Origin: Lama glama
Lineage: Eukaryota
NCBI GenBank assembly: GCA_028534125.1
Contig: CM052837.1
Coordinates: 33,294,001 to 33,358,000 of the forward strand
DNA: 64,000 nucleotides
Reading direction: 5' to 3'
In this document: piece after piece, positions 37,281 to 49,505 of the stretch
How the letters are laid out: each line of letters opens with the position of its first letter
How positions within the stretch are numbered: the stretch's first letter is position 1
Notes under the pieces: generated by a model
The model's database searches: none
What the model was told of the DNA's origin: nothing
What the model saw: the letters and a program-made list of their open reading frames with translations, nothing else
Program-made: the position numbers and the translations under genes

Positions 37281-38884
37281 CATGCACGAGGCACATCTTC
37301 CAAGTCAGTAAACACCCTCCTTCGCTGCCGTTTTTAATGACTACATTTTGCTTCCCTTCTGTAGACATTTCCAGGGCTGCTCTGAGGACATCCATTTCCC
37401 TGGCAAATATTCTCAAAAATGGGTTTGCTGAGGGAAGACACCTTCTGAATTTGGGAAGCAATGGGACAGGTGTCCCCAAAGCCCTACCTGACTTGTCTCC
37501 CAGCCCAGCCCTGGCCTCTCAGCCCTGAAAGGCTGAAAAGTGGGTATTTTCTAAGTCACGTCTCCTGACCCAAGATCCTGCTACTTTGCCAACCCATCAA
37601 TGAGGCCACCTGCTCAGGAATCACACTGGCCCTGTCCCCATAGCCCAGGACAGCCCCTCCTGTCTTCTGCAACCTGGTCCCAAGCACATCAAGCTGTTTA
37701 CAAGGAGCTCCTTGAAATGCTTCCCCCTTAATTACAGTTTGAGCTTTGTCTAAAGGACCCCTTGCCTGCCTGGGATGCATCAAGCTGGGCTGGGGGTCTT
37801 CCGGATGCTGAATTAAGGAGGCAGATTTCGGACAGAAGCTAGAACCAGGTTTCCTGGTTCCCAGGCACTCTCCAGATTCTTCTCAAGGTTCACTTCTCTT
37901 CGGTAGAAACCCTACCTGGATTTGCAAAGGACGTGGGGCTCTTTGTCCCCCAAGGTCCCTCGGAGGCCACAGGGAAGTCAAGTGTTTGGAAAGTGTTGCC
38001 TCTTAGGCACTTCTTTTTTTCATAGAAGAGGAATTAGAATCTTTGCTCCTGATAACCTTGGACTTCTGCCAAGTTTCCTTGTAGCATTTTCACTTGAAAA
38101 ATATGAGCTTTTTTCCTCCTGAGCCAGGAGAGTGTTGCTTGTATCAACAGCAGTTTGAAAAACCAAAAATCTCAAGCTTGACTGTACCCCAGCACTTATC
38201 ATCAAACACCCCAAGTGCACATGTCACCTCCCAGCCAACTTTTAGACGGATTAGAAAAGCCAGAAAGAAATAAGAGGCAATCATTCTAATCACTTTTCAG
38301 ATTTGTAGCACTGCTTTAAAAAAAATGGGGGGAGCTTTGGAGTTTGTTTGAAATTTATTTAAATTTTTATCTGTGGTTATAAAATGATACGTGGTCATTA
38401 TAGAATTGGGAAATCTTAGACTGGGCAAACAGACTGTAGCCACCAGCCCACATTCAAGGAGATAAACACAACTTACTCTGTAGAATGAACTCTGGTCCCA
38501 TATCATCCATTCTCCATGCAGTGTGGCTTTCAAAGACACAGAGCCTTTCAAGAGAAATTAAAAACAGCTGAAATCTTGTATTTTGTCATTACAGCATGTA
38601 CATGGAGAGATACGTGCGTAACTCAACCCCACGCAGACATTTTTTAAATTAATTGTTCCACAAAAAGAACAAGAAGGAAATTCAGCCAATCCTGGACTAT
38701 GTGGATGATTAGTATCTTGTAAGAGACATTCTGGCAGGTGCTGGAATTCTTTATTTTGTATCTAGGCTTCTTTGTATCATAAATCGATGATTCCTAATTC
38801 TGAGGTTGGCCCAGGCAGGCTACGTAAGAGTCACCTGAGATTCTGAGTCAGTTGCTCTCACCTGGGAAGCTGTGTGTGTGTGTG

Positions 38885-39277
38885 TTTTAATTTAAGTATA
38901 GTCATTTTACAATATTGTGTCAATTTCTGGTGTACAGCATAATGTCTCAGTCATACATGTACATACATATATTCCTTTTCATTATGGGTTACTACAAAAT
39001 ATTGAATATAGTTCCCTGTGCTATACAGAAGAAACTTATTGTTTATCTATTTTATATATATAGTAGTTAGTATCTGCAAATCTCAAACTCCCAATTTGTC
39101 CCTTCCCCCTCTCCTCTCCCCAACAAATTTGCCTGCTATGTCTGTGAGTCTGCTTCTGTTTTGTAAATAACTTCATTGTGTCATTTTTTTAGATCCCACA
39201 TAAAAGTGATATCATGTGATATTTGTCTTTCTCTGTCTAACTTACTTCACTTAGTATGATATCTCTAGGTCCATCCA
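38885..39277 (-). mobile_element. Young L1 3' end running into an N-run
   Basis: ttaatttaagtatag...ttctggtgtacagcat...ttcacttagtatgatatctctaggtccatcca. Confidence 0.85.
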
Positions 39278-40525
39278 NNNNNNNNNNNNNNNNNNNNNNN
39301 NNNNNNNNNNNNNNNNNNNNNNNNNNNNNNNNNNNNNNNNNNNNNNNNNNNNNNNNNNNNNNNNNNNNNNNNNNNNNNNNNNNNNNNNNNNNNNNNNNNN
39401 NNNNNNNNNNNNNNNNNNNNNNNNNNNNNNNNNNNNNNTCACATTAGAGTTNNNNNNNNNNNNNNNNNNNNNNNNNNNNNNNNNNNNNNNNNNNNNNNNN
39501 NNNNNNNNNNNNNNNNNNNNNNNNNNNNNNNNNNNNNNNNNNNNNNNNNNNNNNNNNNNNNNNNNNNNNNNNNNNNNNNNNNNNNNNNNNNNNNNNNNTT
39601 TCAAACAAGCCCACGAAGTAATTCTGGTATTCAGGACTGGGGATAATCAGTATGGAATGTCAAGATCCCTTCTCACCATCCTTTCAGTGTCTACCGCAAG
39701 GTCGAATCTCTTTCTCCAATTTCAAGGAATCTGATTGGCTCTGCATAGATCACATGTCCCACTCCTGGCCCAATCACTATGGCAAGTGAAATAAGGCACT
39801 GCGATTCGCCAGATCTGGGACTTACGCCCTTCTCCAAGACAAAGAGGGTGGAATACTGTGGTTCACAGCTATGCTGAATCACATGATGGATTTGGGGAGA
39901 AGTGTTTCCCCAAAGGAAGTGGCAAGGGCCTGTGCTGGACACATCATTCCAGGAAGGCCTGAATTTTGTTTTACCCTAGTCCACTCCTTCTCTGTGAGGG
40001 CCACCCACCACAAGAGGCAAAGGCAAATTAAAAGTCAGCTTCATCAGTATTAACTGGGCTTTTGGCAGAACTCTAGTGCAGGCTGCTGATAAATAGGACT
40101 GTACCTCTTGGCTTAGATGTGGAGATGGAGAAAAAGTGTAGCATTTCATCTCCTGACAACTGCCAGTCGACCTTCACCTGGCCACCAGGGGTGAATCACG
40201 CCAAGAGATGAGAACTTAAAGGCGAGAATTGCCGGGGCCAGGAGATGCCGTTGGAAGTGACAGTGAGCTGGCCCGTTCGTAAATCATACTCAGGTGTCTT
40301 AGAATTTGACCCAGTCAGATCTGTAAGTCTTCCTCCCTCCTTGAAGGGTAGGAGGGAGGAACTACAAGACTTCAAGTTGGAAAATACCAGGGAAGGGCTC
40401 TGATTGGTTCAGCTTGAGTCATACGGAGGAGACAAGCAGAGAGAACCCCAATGTGCCCATCTGTCTAGAGGAGTCTGGGTACATAAACGATTTCTCCAAA
40501 TACCTCCTTACTCAGTTCAAGAGGC

Positions 40526-41215
40526 TGTGACATGATAAGAAATGTGTATGTGGTCTGGCCCCCATTTCCAGGGACACAGCTCCTAAAACCCTTGGAATCT
40601 CCGGAGTGAAAAGTGTCTTTTGTATGCTAATGAGATAGCTGATGACTGGGACTCCTGGCTGGATGCTGGCTGGTTGCCAGGGAAACCAACCACCTGCTTA
40701 GAGGGTTGGAATTTTCAGCCCCACCCCCTGACCTTTGGGGAGGGGAGAGGGGCTGGAGGTTAAGCTGATCGCTAGTCACTGACGTTTTACTCAATCACAC
40801 CTACTTACTGCAACCTCCATAGGAATCCTTGAACGACGGATTCCGAGAGCTTCCGGGTTGGTGCACACGTGGGGGTGCAGGAAGTGTAGGGCACCTGGAG
40901 AGGGTGTGGAAACTGCGCCCTGCCCCCACACCTCCGCATCTCCTCCATCTGGCTGTGCCTGAGTTGTATCCTTTATAATAAACTGGTCATAGTAAGTACT
41001 TGGTTCTCCTCAGTTCTGTGAGCCTTCTGGCAAATTCTCAAACCCGAAGAGTGGGTCATGGTAACCCCCTGTTTATAGCCAGTTGGTCAGAAGTACTGGA
41101 GGCCCGGGCTTGTGATGGGCATCTGAGGTGGGGTCAGTCTTACTAGGGCTGAGGGCTCTGTTAGTGTCATAATGAATTAAATTGTGGGTCCCCCCCATAC
41201 ACCTGGTGCGAGTAC
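40526..41215. mobile_element. MER21-like LTR
   Basis: tgtgacatgataagaaat...cacagctcctaaaacccttggaatctc...tagagggttggaattttcagcccc...atcctttataataaactgg. Confidence 0.7.
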
Positions 41216-43519
41216 AGTGCAGTTAGCAGAGAAAAAAACATGCTTTTCCCTTTTAGATGCTCTTCATTTTTCCTCCCTAATACTTTTTTCTTCTTTTTGG
41301 GAAGTTAAGATTTCCCCAAAGAATATCTTCAACTAGCTCTTGCTTTGACCCAAAATGATTTTAATTAAAATAATGGTTAAAAAAAAAAAAAAAAAAGACC
41401 GGCAGTCCCTGAAATTCTGTCCTGAGAAGAAGGGGCTTGGTGATGTGCTTGAAAGGTGGGGGATTGTCTTGGAGCAGAGTCTTCTTAGAAAGCACACTGC
41501 TTTTATTTTGATTGTACCCTTACTTGGACTGCCTGGATATGGGGGTGCTGGTGGAGACTGGAGGCGGGGAGATAGCCCCTGATAACAGCCCAACATGATG
41601 CAGCGCGTATGATGGTTTTTTTGACCTTCACACGTAGACACTCATTTCAGCGTCATTACAAGCCCACGAGGCAGGTCCCTTGCAGACTTCCTGAGCTTGC
41701 ACAAATGGCAGGAGTCAGACGGCCTCGGTGCCGTCCTGCCTCCCTGCCTCCCGAGAGGCTCAGGGTCTGACCCAGCGGCTGCCTGGCTGGGCGAGCTTTG
41801 GCGGCTCCCTTCTTGGCTCCCCAGCCCTAGAACACGGGCTATGCTAGAGCTGTTGGGAAGCGCTGAAAGCAGGTGACTTTGGGGCTCCGCTGAGGAAAGT
41901 TGTGATGGTTCTGCTGACCCAGGGCTGGAGCGGGCCTGGTGCCGAGGTTCGGTTTTCGCTGCCTCTCCAGCCTGGGCCGGGTGGGGGCCCAGGTTCCGTG
42001 CCAGGGAGCGGCCGCCAGTGCCCCGGCCTGCGCTCTGCTCCGCCATATGTGGAAGGATGGATGAGTCACTCTGGAAGCTTCTCCCCTTAAAACGCCTGAA
42101 TCTTCCTCCTTTGCTCCCCTTTCTCTCTGCTCCCCCCCTTCCTCCTCCCTCCCCTCCCTCTTTTTCCTTTAAATGCTCAAAGTCAGTTGATGCCTTTTCA
42201 TAAGAACCTAACTAAGCAGGACAGGCAGCCTGAGCCCAGGCAGGAGGAAGGGAGGATTAAGGCCCTTTGTCATGTTCTCATCTTCTCTGCAGAGACAAGA
42301 CCTGAAGGATTGCTAAAGAATTCCCTTGGAAACAACTTTCTCCAGGGCCTCGTTTGGATGGCCCTGGCTGGGTGGGGCTCCCACAGCTGGGCCAGCAGCC
42401 CTCACGGGGAGGGAGCGCGGGCTGCCAACCTTGCCGCGGGGGAGCAGGCTGTGCACACTGGGTTGGGTCTCCATTCTGGGGCCAGGTCGACTCATCTCTG
42501 GGGCCAGTTGCTTCAGACCTCAGAGACAAGCCGCATCCTGCCAAGAAATGCCTGCTCCCCAATTCTAGTGCCCAAGGGTGTGGTCCTGTGGTCACCCCAG
42601 CCCGCCCCTCCCTGGGTCCCCTTTTCCTCCATTTCTCCTGGTTTGCGGAGGAACATACAATCTGCTCTTCTGACTTAAGGGCTGCCCCCCCACCCCTTGC
42701 TCCAGGTCCCACTCTTTGTGACCTCCTCAAAGATTTCAAGTCATTAATTAACCTCTCCATCTCCTGAAACTTCCATCTCTCTCCCCTCTTGCATCTCTGG
42801 CCTCTGTCTTCCCCGCACAGCGTCCACCCTTATTTATGTTTTTCTTTACAGAAACTTTTCTACTCTCTCTGTCTCTGTTTCTTCAATTCCCACCCATTCT
42901 CCAGCCCCCCTCCATCCGGCTCTGGCCACCCCCTGATTTCTCTCTTGCCAAGGGCGCCAGCCACCACGTCGTGCTGTACAAAGGACCCATTCTCACCCTC
43001 ATTTATGAGGCCTCTATCTGCACTGGACACAGCTGATCACTGTCTTCTTCCATAAACTCTCCTCGCTTTCCTTCTGTGACACACACGTGGTTTTCTCACC
43101 TCCCCCCCCCCCACTCCTTCTGAGCCTTCGTCTTGGGCTCTCTCCTTCCTGGCCTCTAACTGCTGGGTTCCGCAAGGCTGGCCCTGGTCCTCTTCACAGC
43201 TGGACTCTCGCGGGATGATCTCACCCATCTCTGTGGCTTTGAACATGATCTAGGGGCTGAGGACTCCCTCATTGACACCTCCTGTCTTGGTGTCACCTCA
43301 CGGATCTGTCGCCTACCTGACACCCCATGTGAATGTCTCTTGGGCGTTCCACACTTACCATGTGCTGGTCTCCCCCGTCGGTTTCCTCTCCAAGAATGGT
43401 ACCTCTGTTCAACCCAGATGCCCAAGCTTCCTCCTTGCATCTCTCATTCACTTCCCCAACCCTCCCCCCAAGTCAGCCACCAGCTGTCAATTCTGCCCCC
43501 AGATGCCCCTCAGATCCCA

Positions 43520-43965
43520 CTTTTTTTTAAATTGAAGTACAGTTAGTTACAATGTGTCCATTTCTGGTGTACAGCATAATGTCCCAGTCATGCATATGCA
43601 TACATAGATTCATTTTCGTATTCTTTCTCATTAAAGGTATTACAAGATATTGAACCTAGTTCCCTGTGCTGTATAGAAGAAACTTTTTTAAAATCTATGT
43701 TTTATATATAGTGGCTAAAATTTGTAAATTCTCAAACTCCCAAATTTATCCCTTCCCACTCGCTTTCCCCAGTAACCGTAAGATTGTTTACTATGTCTGT
43801 GAGTCTGTTTCTGTTTTGTAGACGAGTTCATAGTAGTGTCCTTTTTTTTCTTTTCTTTTCTTTTTTTAGATTCCACATATGACTGATACCATATGATATT
43901 TTTCTTTTTCTTTCTGGCTTACCTCACTTAGAATGACAATCTCCAGGTCCATCCTTGTTACTGCA
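43520..43965 (-). mobile_element. Young L1 3' end
   Basis: ttttttaaattgaagtacag...tagattccacatat...cttagaatgacaatctccaggtccatc, then Ns. Confidence 0.85.
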
Positions 43966-45682
43966 NNNNNNNNNNNNNNNNNNNNNNNNNNNNNNNNNNN
44001 NNNNNNNNNNNNNNNNNNNNNNNNNNNNNNNNNNNNNNNNNNNNNNNNNNNNNNNNNNNNNNNNNNNNNNNNNNNNNNNNNNNNNNNNNNNNNNNNNNNT
44101 TTCACCCTACTTTGTCACCCTAGGCCAGGCCACCATCAACCCTCTCCCAGATGACATAACGGTCTCCTGGGTAATCCTCAGACATTGTTCCTCACACAGC
44201 TGCCCCTGAGATCTTTCTAAAACAAAACTCTAGTCAGGTCAGCCCCTGCTTGAAACTATTTCATGCTCCCTAATGCTCTGAGGCAAAGTCTAACCTCCTT
44301 AATTCAGACCCTTCAGAGCCTGGCCCCTCCCTGCCTCTCCTGACTCCAGAGCCGCCACCTACCCATGACACCACCCCCCCTCCAGGTGAATTCTGTGTCA
44401 CAGATATGCTGATGGGCTCTCGGGTTCTGGAATATTCTTTCCACTCCAGGCCTTTGCACTTGCTGCTGCCTTCTTGGACTACCCTTCCCTACCCTACTCC
44501 CCGTTTCTGTCTAGCTCTTAACTTCTGTCCTTGGCTTGACTTAGACTATCACTTCCTCCAGGAAGCCCTCCTTGACTCATCCTCCCCAAACAAAACAAAG
44601 ACCAAAAAACTGAGTCATAAGCAACTTTCTTCCCTGAGGAGGGGTCAGGAAAGCTGTGTTTGCATAACCGCTTTTACTTGCCTTCTTTCTTACAGGTTAA
44701 TAGAAATGGGATAAGGAGAGCATCTAAGTATAAACAATTGCATAGCACTAGATAAACACAAGCTTTTACCTGATATGTGACTGATGTGATTAGCTGATTG
44801 GGACAGATCATCAGAAAATGAAATAAAAACCGAGACTTGATTAATAAGATGTGCACTTTGCTCACATAAAAAGATGCTTAACTAGGTTTTATAGAAAGCA
44901 AGCTTTTTTCATCCAAATGGGTGATCTGTTTTGCCAGTGGCAGATCATAGAACTGGCTTCTGCCTTTCACATGTCAAATCATAACACCATCTTCTGGAAT
45001 TATAAACGCATCCACGGCTAATTTTGTTCTGTTCATGTTATAATGATCATTATTGTCCCTTCGGATGGCTTAAGAGCTCTAATGGGGGAGGGGGCTGGCT
45101 ATAGCATATTTTGGCACACTTTGGCCTCACTATTAGTTGTATTCCAAGTGTTGGGGTCCTAGGAGGAGCTGGATCAATAGTGATGAATGAACAAGTAAAC
45201 GAATGAATGAATCACTCTCAAACCCAGGTTCCAGGTTTCACGTTATTGGCCTCCAGTGGTTAATTTCAGCACACGCACAAGACCAGGCGTGGCTTCTACT
45301 CTCGGAATCGTGGAGCCATGGCAGGGTTCCTGGAGCTCCCACGGCCCTTCTCCGAATGTATCAGTTGAGCTGGCTAAGCCATCGAACCCAGCAGGCAGGC
45401 TGCAGGCAGGATGGAAGAAAGCGTAGCGGAGTGTGCAGGGGCCAGTTCATACCTGGCTTTGTGGATTTTATTCTCAGTACAGTGAGAAGCCCTTGCGGAA
45501 TTGATCACCTGATCTGATTTCCATTTTGTTTGCTTTGCTTTAAAAAAAAAAAAAAGGTCACTGCAAATCTCTGGAAAGCCAGATCCAGGACTGGATAGAG
45601 AAAGGGAGGTATGAGTGTGTAAACCCACGACTGTGACACCCAATGAGCCCCGCCCCACCCTCAATGGCAATGCCTAGAGGCA

Positions 45683-45716
45683 GAACGCCATCTTGTGGTC
45701 AACCCTAGGAACTGCA
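45683..45716 (-). promoter_or_regulatory. CTCF site with upstream motif, reverse orientation
   Basis: Reverse complement reads TGCAGTTCC-N6-TGACCACAAGATGGCGTTC. Confidence 0.72.
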
Positions 45717-47159
45717 CCCTCCCATTTTAGTGTCTGGCGCTCCATGCAGGTGATGGGGCCAGGATTCGGACCCCAGTGAGTTGTCCTACCAGAGTCTGGG
45801 ATCTCAAAGCCTATGTTCAAGTCTGGTTTGACCACTCCCAGCCATATGGCCAAGGAGGATTCAGGTTTCTTATCTGAATCGTGAAGACAGCAACGCTCTC
45901 ATTCCTCCAGGTAGAGCCCTAGTGAGAAACGAGACTGTCACTGTCACAGGCTTTTGTAAGCTTTCCTGCATGTGGTTGATAGGTATTGCTTTCCAGGGAG
46001 TGAAATTAAAACGTCTTTCCTCGGTGTTACCTTAAAACAAGAACGTAAGATGCCTGGGTGGTTCACATGTTTAGCACTGGAAGGGATCTGGGGGTCATTA
46101 GATGTGACTTTTTTATTTCAAAGAGGCAGAAACTGAGACTCAGGGAGAAAAGAAGCCTTGGGCTCTTCAGGGGGAGTTTATAAAGAGGTGGTGAGGAGGG
46201 CCATTGTCTCCCAAGAGGGCCATCTTCGAGTTTAGCTCTTCTCTGTGACCTGGAGCAAAGCAATCCCCCCCCTCCCCCACTGCTTTGTGAAAAATGAAGT
46301 AAAGGACACAAAATGGCAGGCGTAAGGCTCCTGCCTCTGGCCTGACACACAATCAGGGCCCAAGTAAAGGCACTTTCTCCGCTGGTCCCACCCAGCCCTC
46401 AGCTTCTCGCTACCCCCACCCAGACGCCTCCAAGGATGGGAAGGAATGGCGTGTGAATGCCCCTGGGGAGCCTTCTTTCTCCCTTAACAGCATACCCGTG
46501 GGAAGAGGCGTAGGGACATCCCTTGCTGGAAATACCCCAGCTCCCTGAGGGGTGACAGCCACCCCATCATTGAATGGAGAACAAAATGTGTGCCCCAGGA
46601 GTCCTGGGAGAGCCTGGGGAGTGGGTGGGGCTGGGGGCAGACCCCCCAACAGAGGCGGGTCCCAAACCTGAGCTGTTTGGTAGGCTGGCCTTCCCAGAGC
46701 CAGGCCACCTGGTGTCCACTCACAGCCCAGGTCTCGGGTCACCCTTGCCACAGTGTCCTCCACCCTATGGACAGGAAAGTCCCAGTTTGACTCTGCCGTT
46801 GATTCTGTGTTTCCTTCTATGTGTTTCTAACTAAGCCTGGGGATCAGAAATAGCAGGAATCCTTTGCAGATTGCAGACTGGACCTGGGAGGAGGGTTCTC
46901 AAAGGATGAACAAATGAGGGGATGACGTGATGGTGAATCTGGGTATTTTCTTTCTGGGTCCACGGTCTCTAAGTTCCTTGGGATCAGGGGTCATCTTTTC
47001 TTTCCCACAGCACCTCGTGTCTGTCTTGGGCCGATTGTCCATCTCAGGTCCAGCTGGAGGTCTTTGTAGGGCCCAGGGATTCATATTTCACTTAGTGCCA
47101 CCCCACAAACTAGAAATCACTTTAAAATGCACCCCCTGCACACATTAAAAATATGTTCT

Positions 47160-48505
47160 GTGGGGTTGCAGCCATTATGGAAAACTGTATATAGCTTCCT
47201 CATATAACTAAAAATACATTCACTGTATGATCCAGCAATCCCACTCCTGGGCATATATTCAGAGGGAACTCAAATTCAAAAAGATANNNNNNNNNNNNNN
47301 NNNNNNNNNNNNNNNNNNNNNNNNNNNNNNNNNNNNNNNNNNNNNNNNNNNNNNNNNNNNNNNNNNNNNNNNNNNNNNNNNNNNNNNNNNNNNNNNNNNN
47401 NNNNNNNNNNNNNNNNNNNNNNNNNNNNNNNNNNNNNNNNNNNNNNNNNNNNNNNNNNNNNNNNNNNNNNNNNNNNNNAAAGTAAGCCAGAAAGAGAAAG
47501 AAAAATACCATATGAGATCACTCATATGTGGAATCTAAAAAAAAAAAAAGGAGCATAAATACAAACCAGAAACAGACTCATAGACGTAGAATACAAACTT
47601 ATGGTTGCCAAGGGGGAGGGGGTGGGAAGGGACAGACTGGGATTTCAAAATGTAGACTAGATAAACAAGATTATACTGTATAGCACAGGGAAATACATAC
47701 AAGATCTTGTGGTCGCTCACAGCGAAAAAAATGTGACAATGAACATATATGTATGTTCATGNNNNNNNNNNNNNNNNNNNNNNNNNNNNNNNNNNNNNNN
47801 NNNNNNNNNNNNNNNNNNNNNNNNNNNNNNNNNNNNNNNNNNNNNNNNNNNNNNNNNNNNNNNNNNNNNNNNNNNNNNNNNNNNNNNNNNNNNNNNNNNN
47901 NNNNNNNNNNNNNNNNNNNNNNNNNNNNNNNNNNNNNNNNNNNNNNNNNNNNNNNNNNNNNNNNNNNNNNNNNNNNNNNNNNNNNNNNNNNNNNNNNNNN
48001 NNNNNNNNNNNNNNNNNNNNNNNNNNNNNNNNNNNNNNNNNNNNNNNNNNNNNNNNNNNNNNNNNNNNNNNNNNNNNNNNNNNNNNNNNNNNNNNNNNNN
48101 NNNNNNNNNNNNNNNNNNNNNNNNNNNNNNNNNNNNNNNNNNNNNNNNNNNNNNNNNNNNNNNNNNNNNNNNNNNNNNNNNNNNNNNNNNNNNNNNNNNN
48201 NNNNNNNNNNNNNNNNNNNNNNNNNNNNNNNNNNNNNNNNNNNNNNNNNNNNNNNNNNNNNGGGGGGGGAAGGGCTGGGAAGGAATAAATTGGGAGTTCG
48301 AGATTTGCAAATACTAACCACTAAATATAAAATAGATAAAAAACAAATTACCTCTGTATAGCACAAGGGAGCTATATTCAATATCTTGTAGTAACCTATA
48401 ATGAAAACGAATATGGAAACAAATACATGTATGTATATGTATGACTGAAGCATTATGCTGCATACCACAGATTGACACCTTGTAACTGACTATATATACT
48501 TCATG
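47160..48505 (+). mobile_element. Two tandem young L1 3' ends, partly hidden by Ns
   Basis: atgatccagcaatcccactcctgggcatata and atatgtggaatctaaaa. A second 3' end starts at 48262 (ggaaggaataaattgggagttcgagatttgc). Confidence 0.8.
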
Positions 48506-48709
48506 TTTTCTGTGGTATAAATGAAAAGATATTTAATAGCTGAGTTTTGCCAGGAAGAAATTGTTCCCTTCATCCTTGTGATATAAATGTCATTATGTTT
48601 ATGTGCAGAGTTATGATCATGTGCTATGTAAAGAAAACCCCAAATAGCCTATATGTTTGGAAATTTAAAGACAAACCTGTAAATAATTCATGAGTGAAAG
48701 AGGAAGGGA

Positions 48710-48925
48710 CAAGATAGGAGAAAGGATGAAAAGGTCCAAACGACTGTGTATACAAAAAAATAAGTCAATAAAATAAACCAGAAGGATATATTGAGCACTG
48801 GGAATATAGCCAATGTCTTATAATAACTTTAAATGGAGTATAATCTATAAAAATAGTGAGTCATTATGCTGTACACCTGAAACTGACATAATATTATAAA
48901 CCAACTATACTTCAATAAAAAAAAG
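48710..48925 (+). mobile_element. L1 3' terminal fragment
   Basis: gggaatatagccaat...gctgtacacctgaaactgac...caactatacttcaataaaaaaaa. Confidence 0.7.
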
Positions 48926-49149
48926 AAATGAATTAACTGGCAAAAAAAAAAAAAGAAGTCATAATATAAGTGAGAAGAGGCCACCTGATCAGAGGCAATG
49001 AGAGGAACACAGCCTCCCTTCTGTGAAATTCCAGGCAAACTTGTAACTGGGGTCTAATCATAGGAAACATTGAATGAACTCAAATTGAAGGTCAAATCTC
49101 GCCCTATAATCTTCAAAGATATCAAGGTCATGGGAGAAGACAGAATCTA

Positions 49150-49505
49150 AAATGGGTTGGCAGGGCTGTGTTCCTTCTGGAGGCTGTAGGGGGAAATCCA
49201 TTCTTTGCCATTTCCAGCTTCTGGAGGCTGCCTGTGTTCCCTGGCCCAGGGCCCCTGCCTCCATCTGTAAGGCCATCACTCCAGCCGCTGCCTCCACCCT
49301 CACATCTCCTACTGCTGACTCTGCCGCCCCCTTAGAAGGATCCTTGTGATGACATGGGTCCGCCCGGACAGCCCAGGAGAGTTTCTCATCTCAAGAGCCT
49401 TAATCACATCTGCAGAGTCCCTTTTGCTGTGTAAGGTGACACGATCACAGGTGCCAGGGACTTGGATGTGGACATCTTTTGGAGGCCATTATTGTGTCTG
49501 CCATA
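49150..49505. mobile_element. MLT1C/D-like MaLR LTR
   Basis: ttggcagggctgtgttccttctggaggct...ttaatcacatctgcagagtcccttttgctgtgtaaggtgac...ggacatctttt. Confidence 0.75.

Noticed and set aside
40179-40197. CTCF-like TGGCCACCAGGGGTGAA
   Set aside because: The 3' half deviates from the GGCGC/GGCAG core, too weak to call without binding data.
47200-48468. Long ORFs of up to 265 aa
   Set aside because: Artefacts of translating through N-runs flanked by L1 3' UTR.
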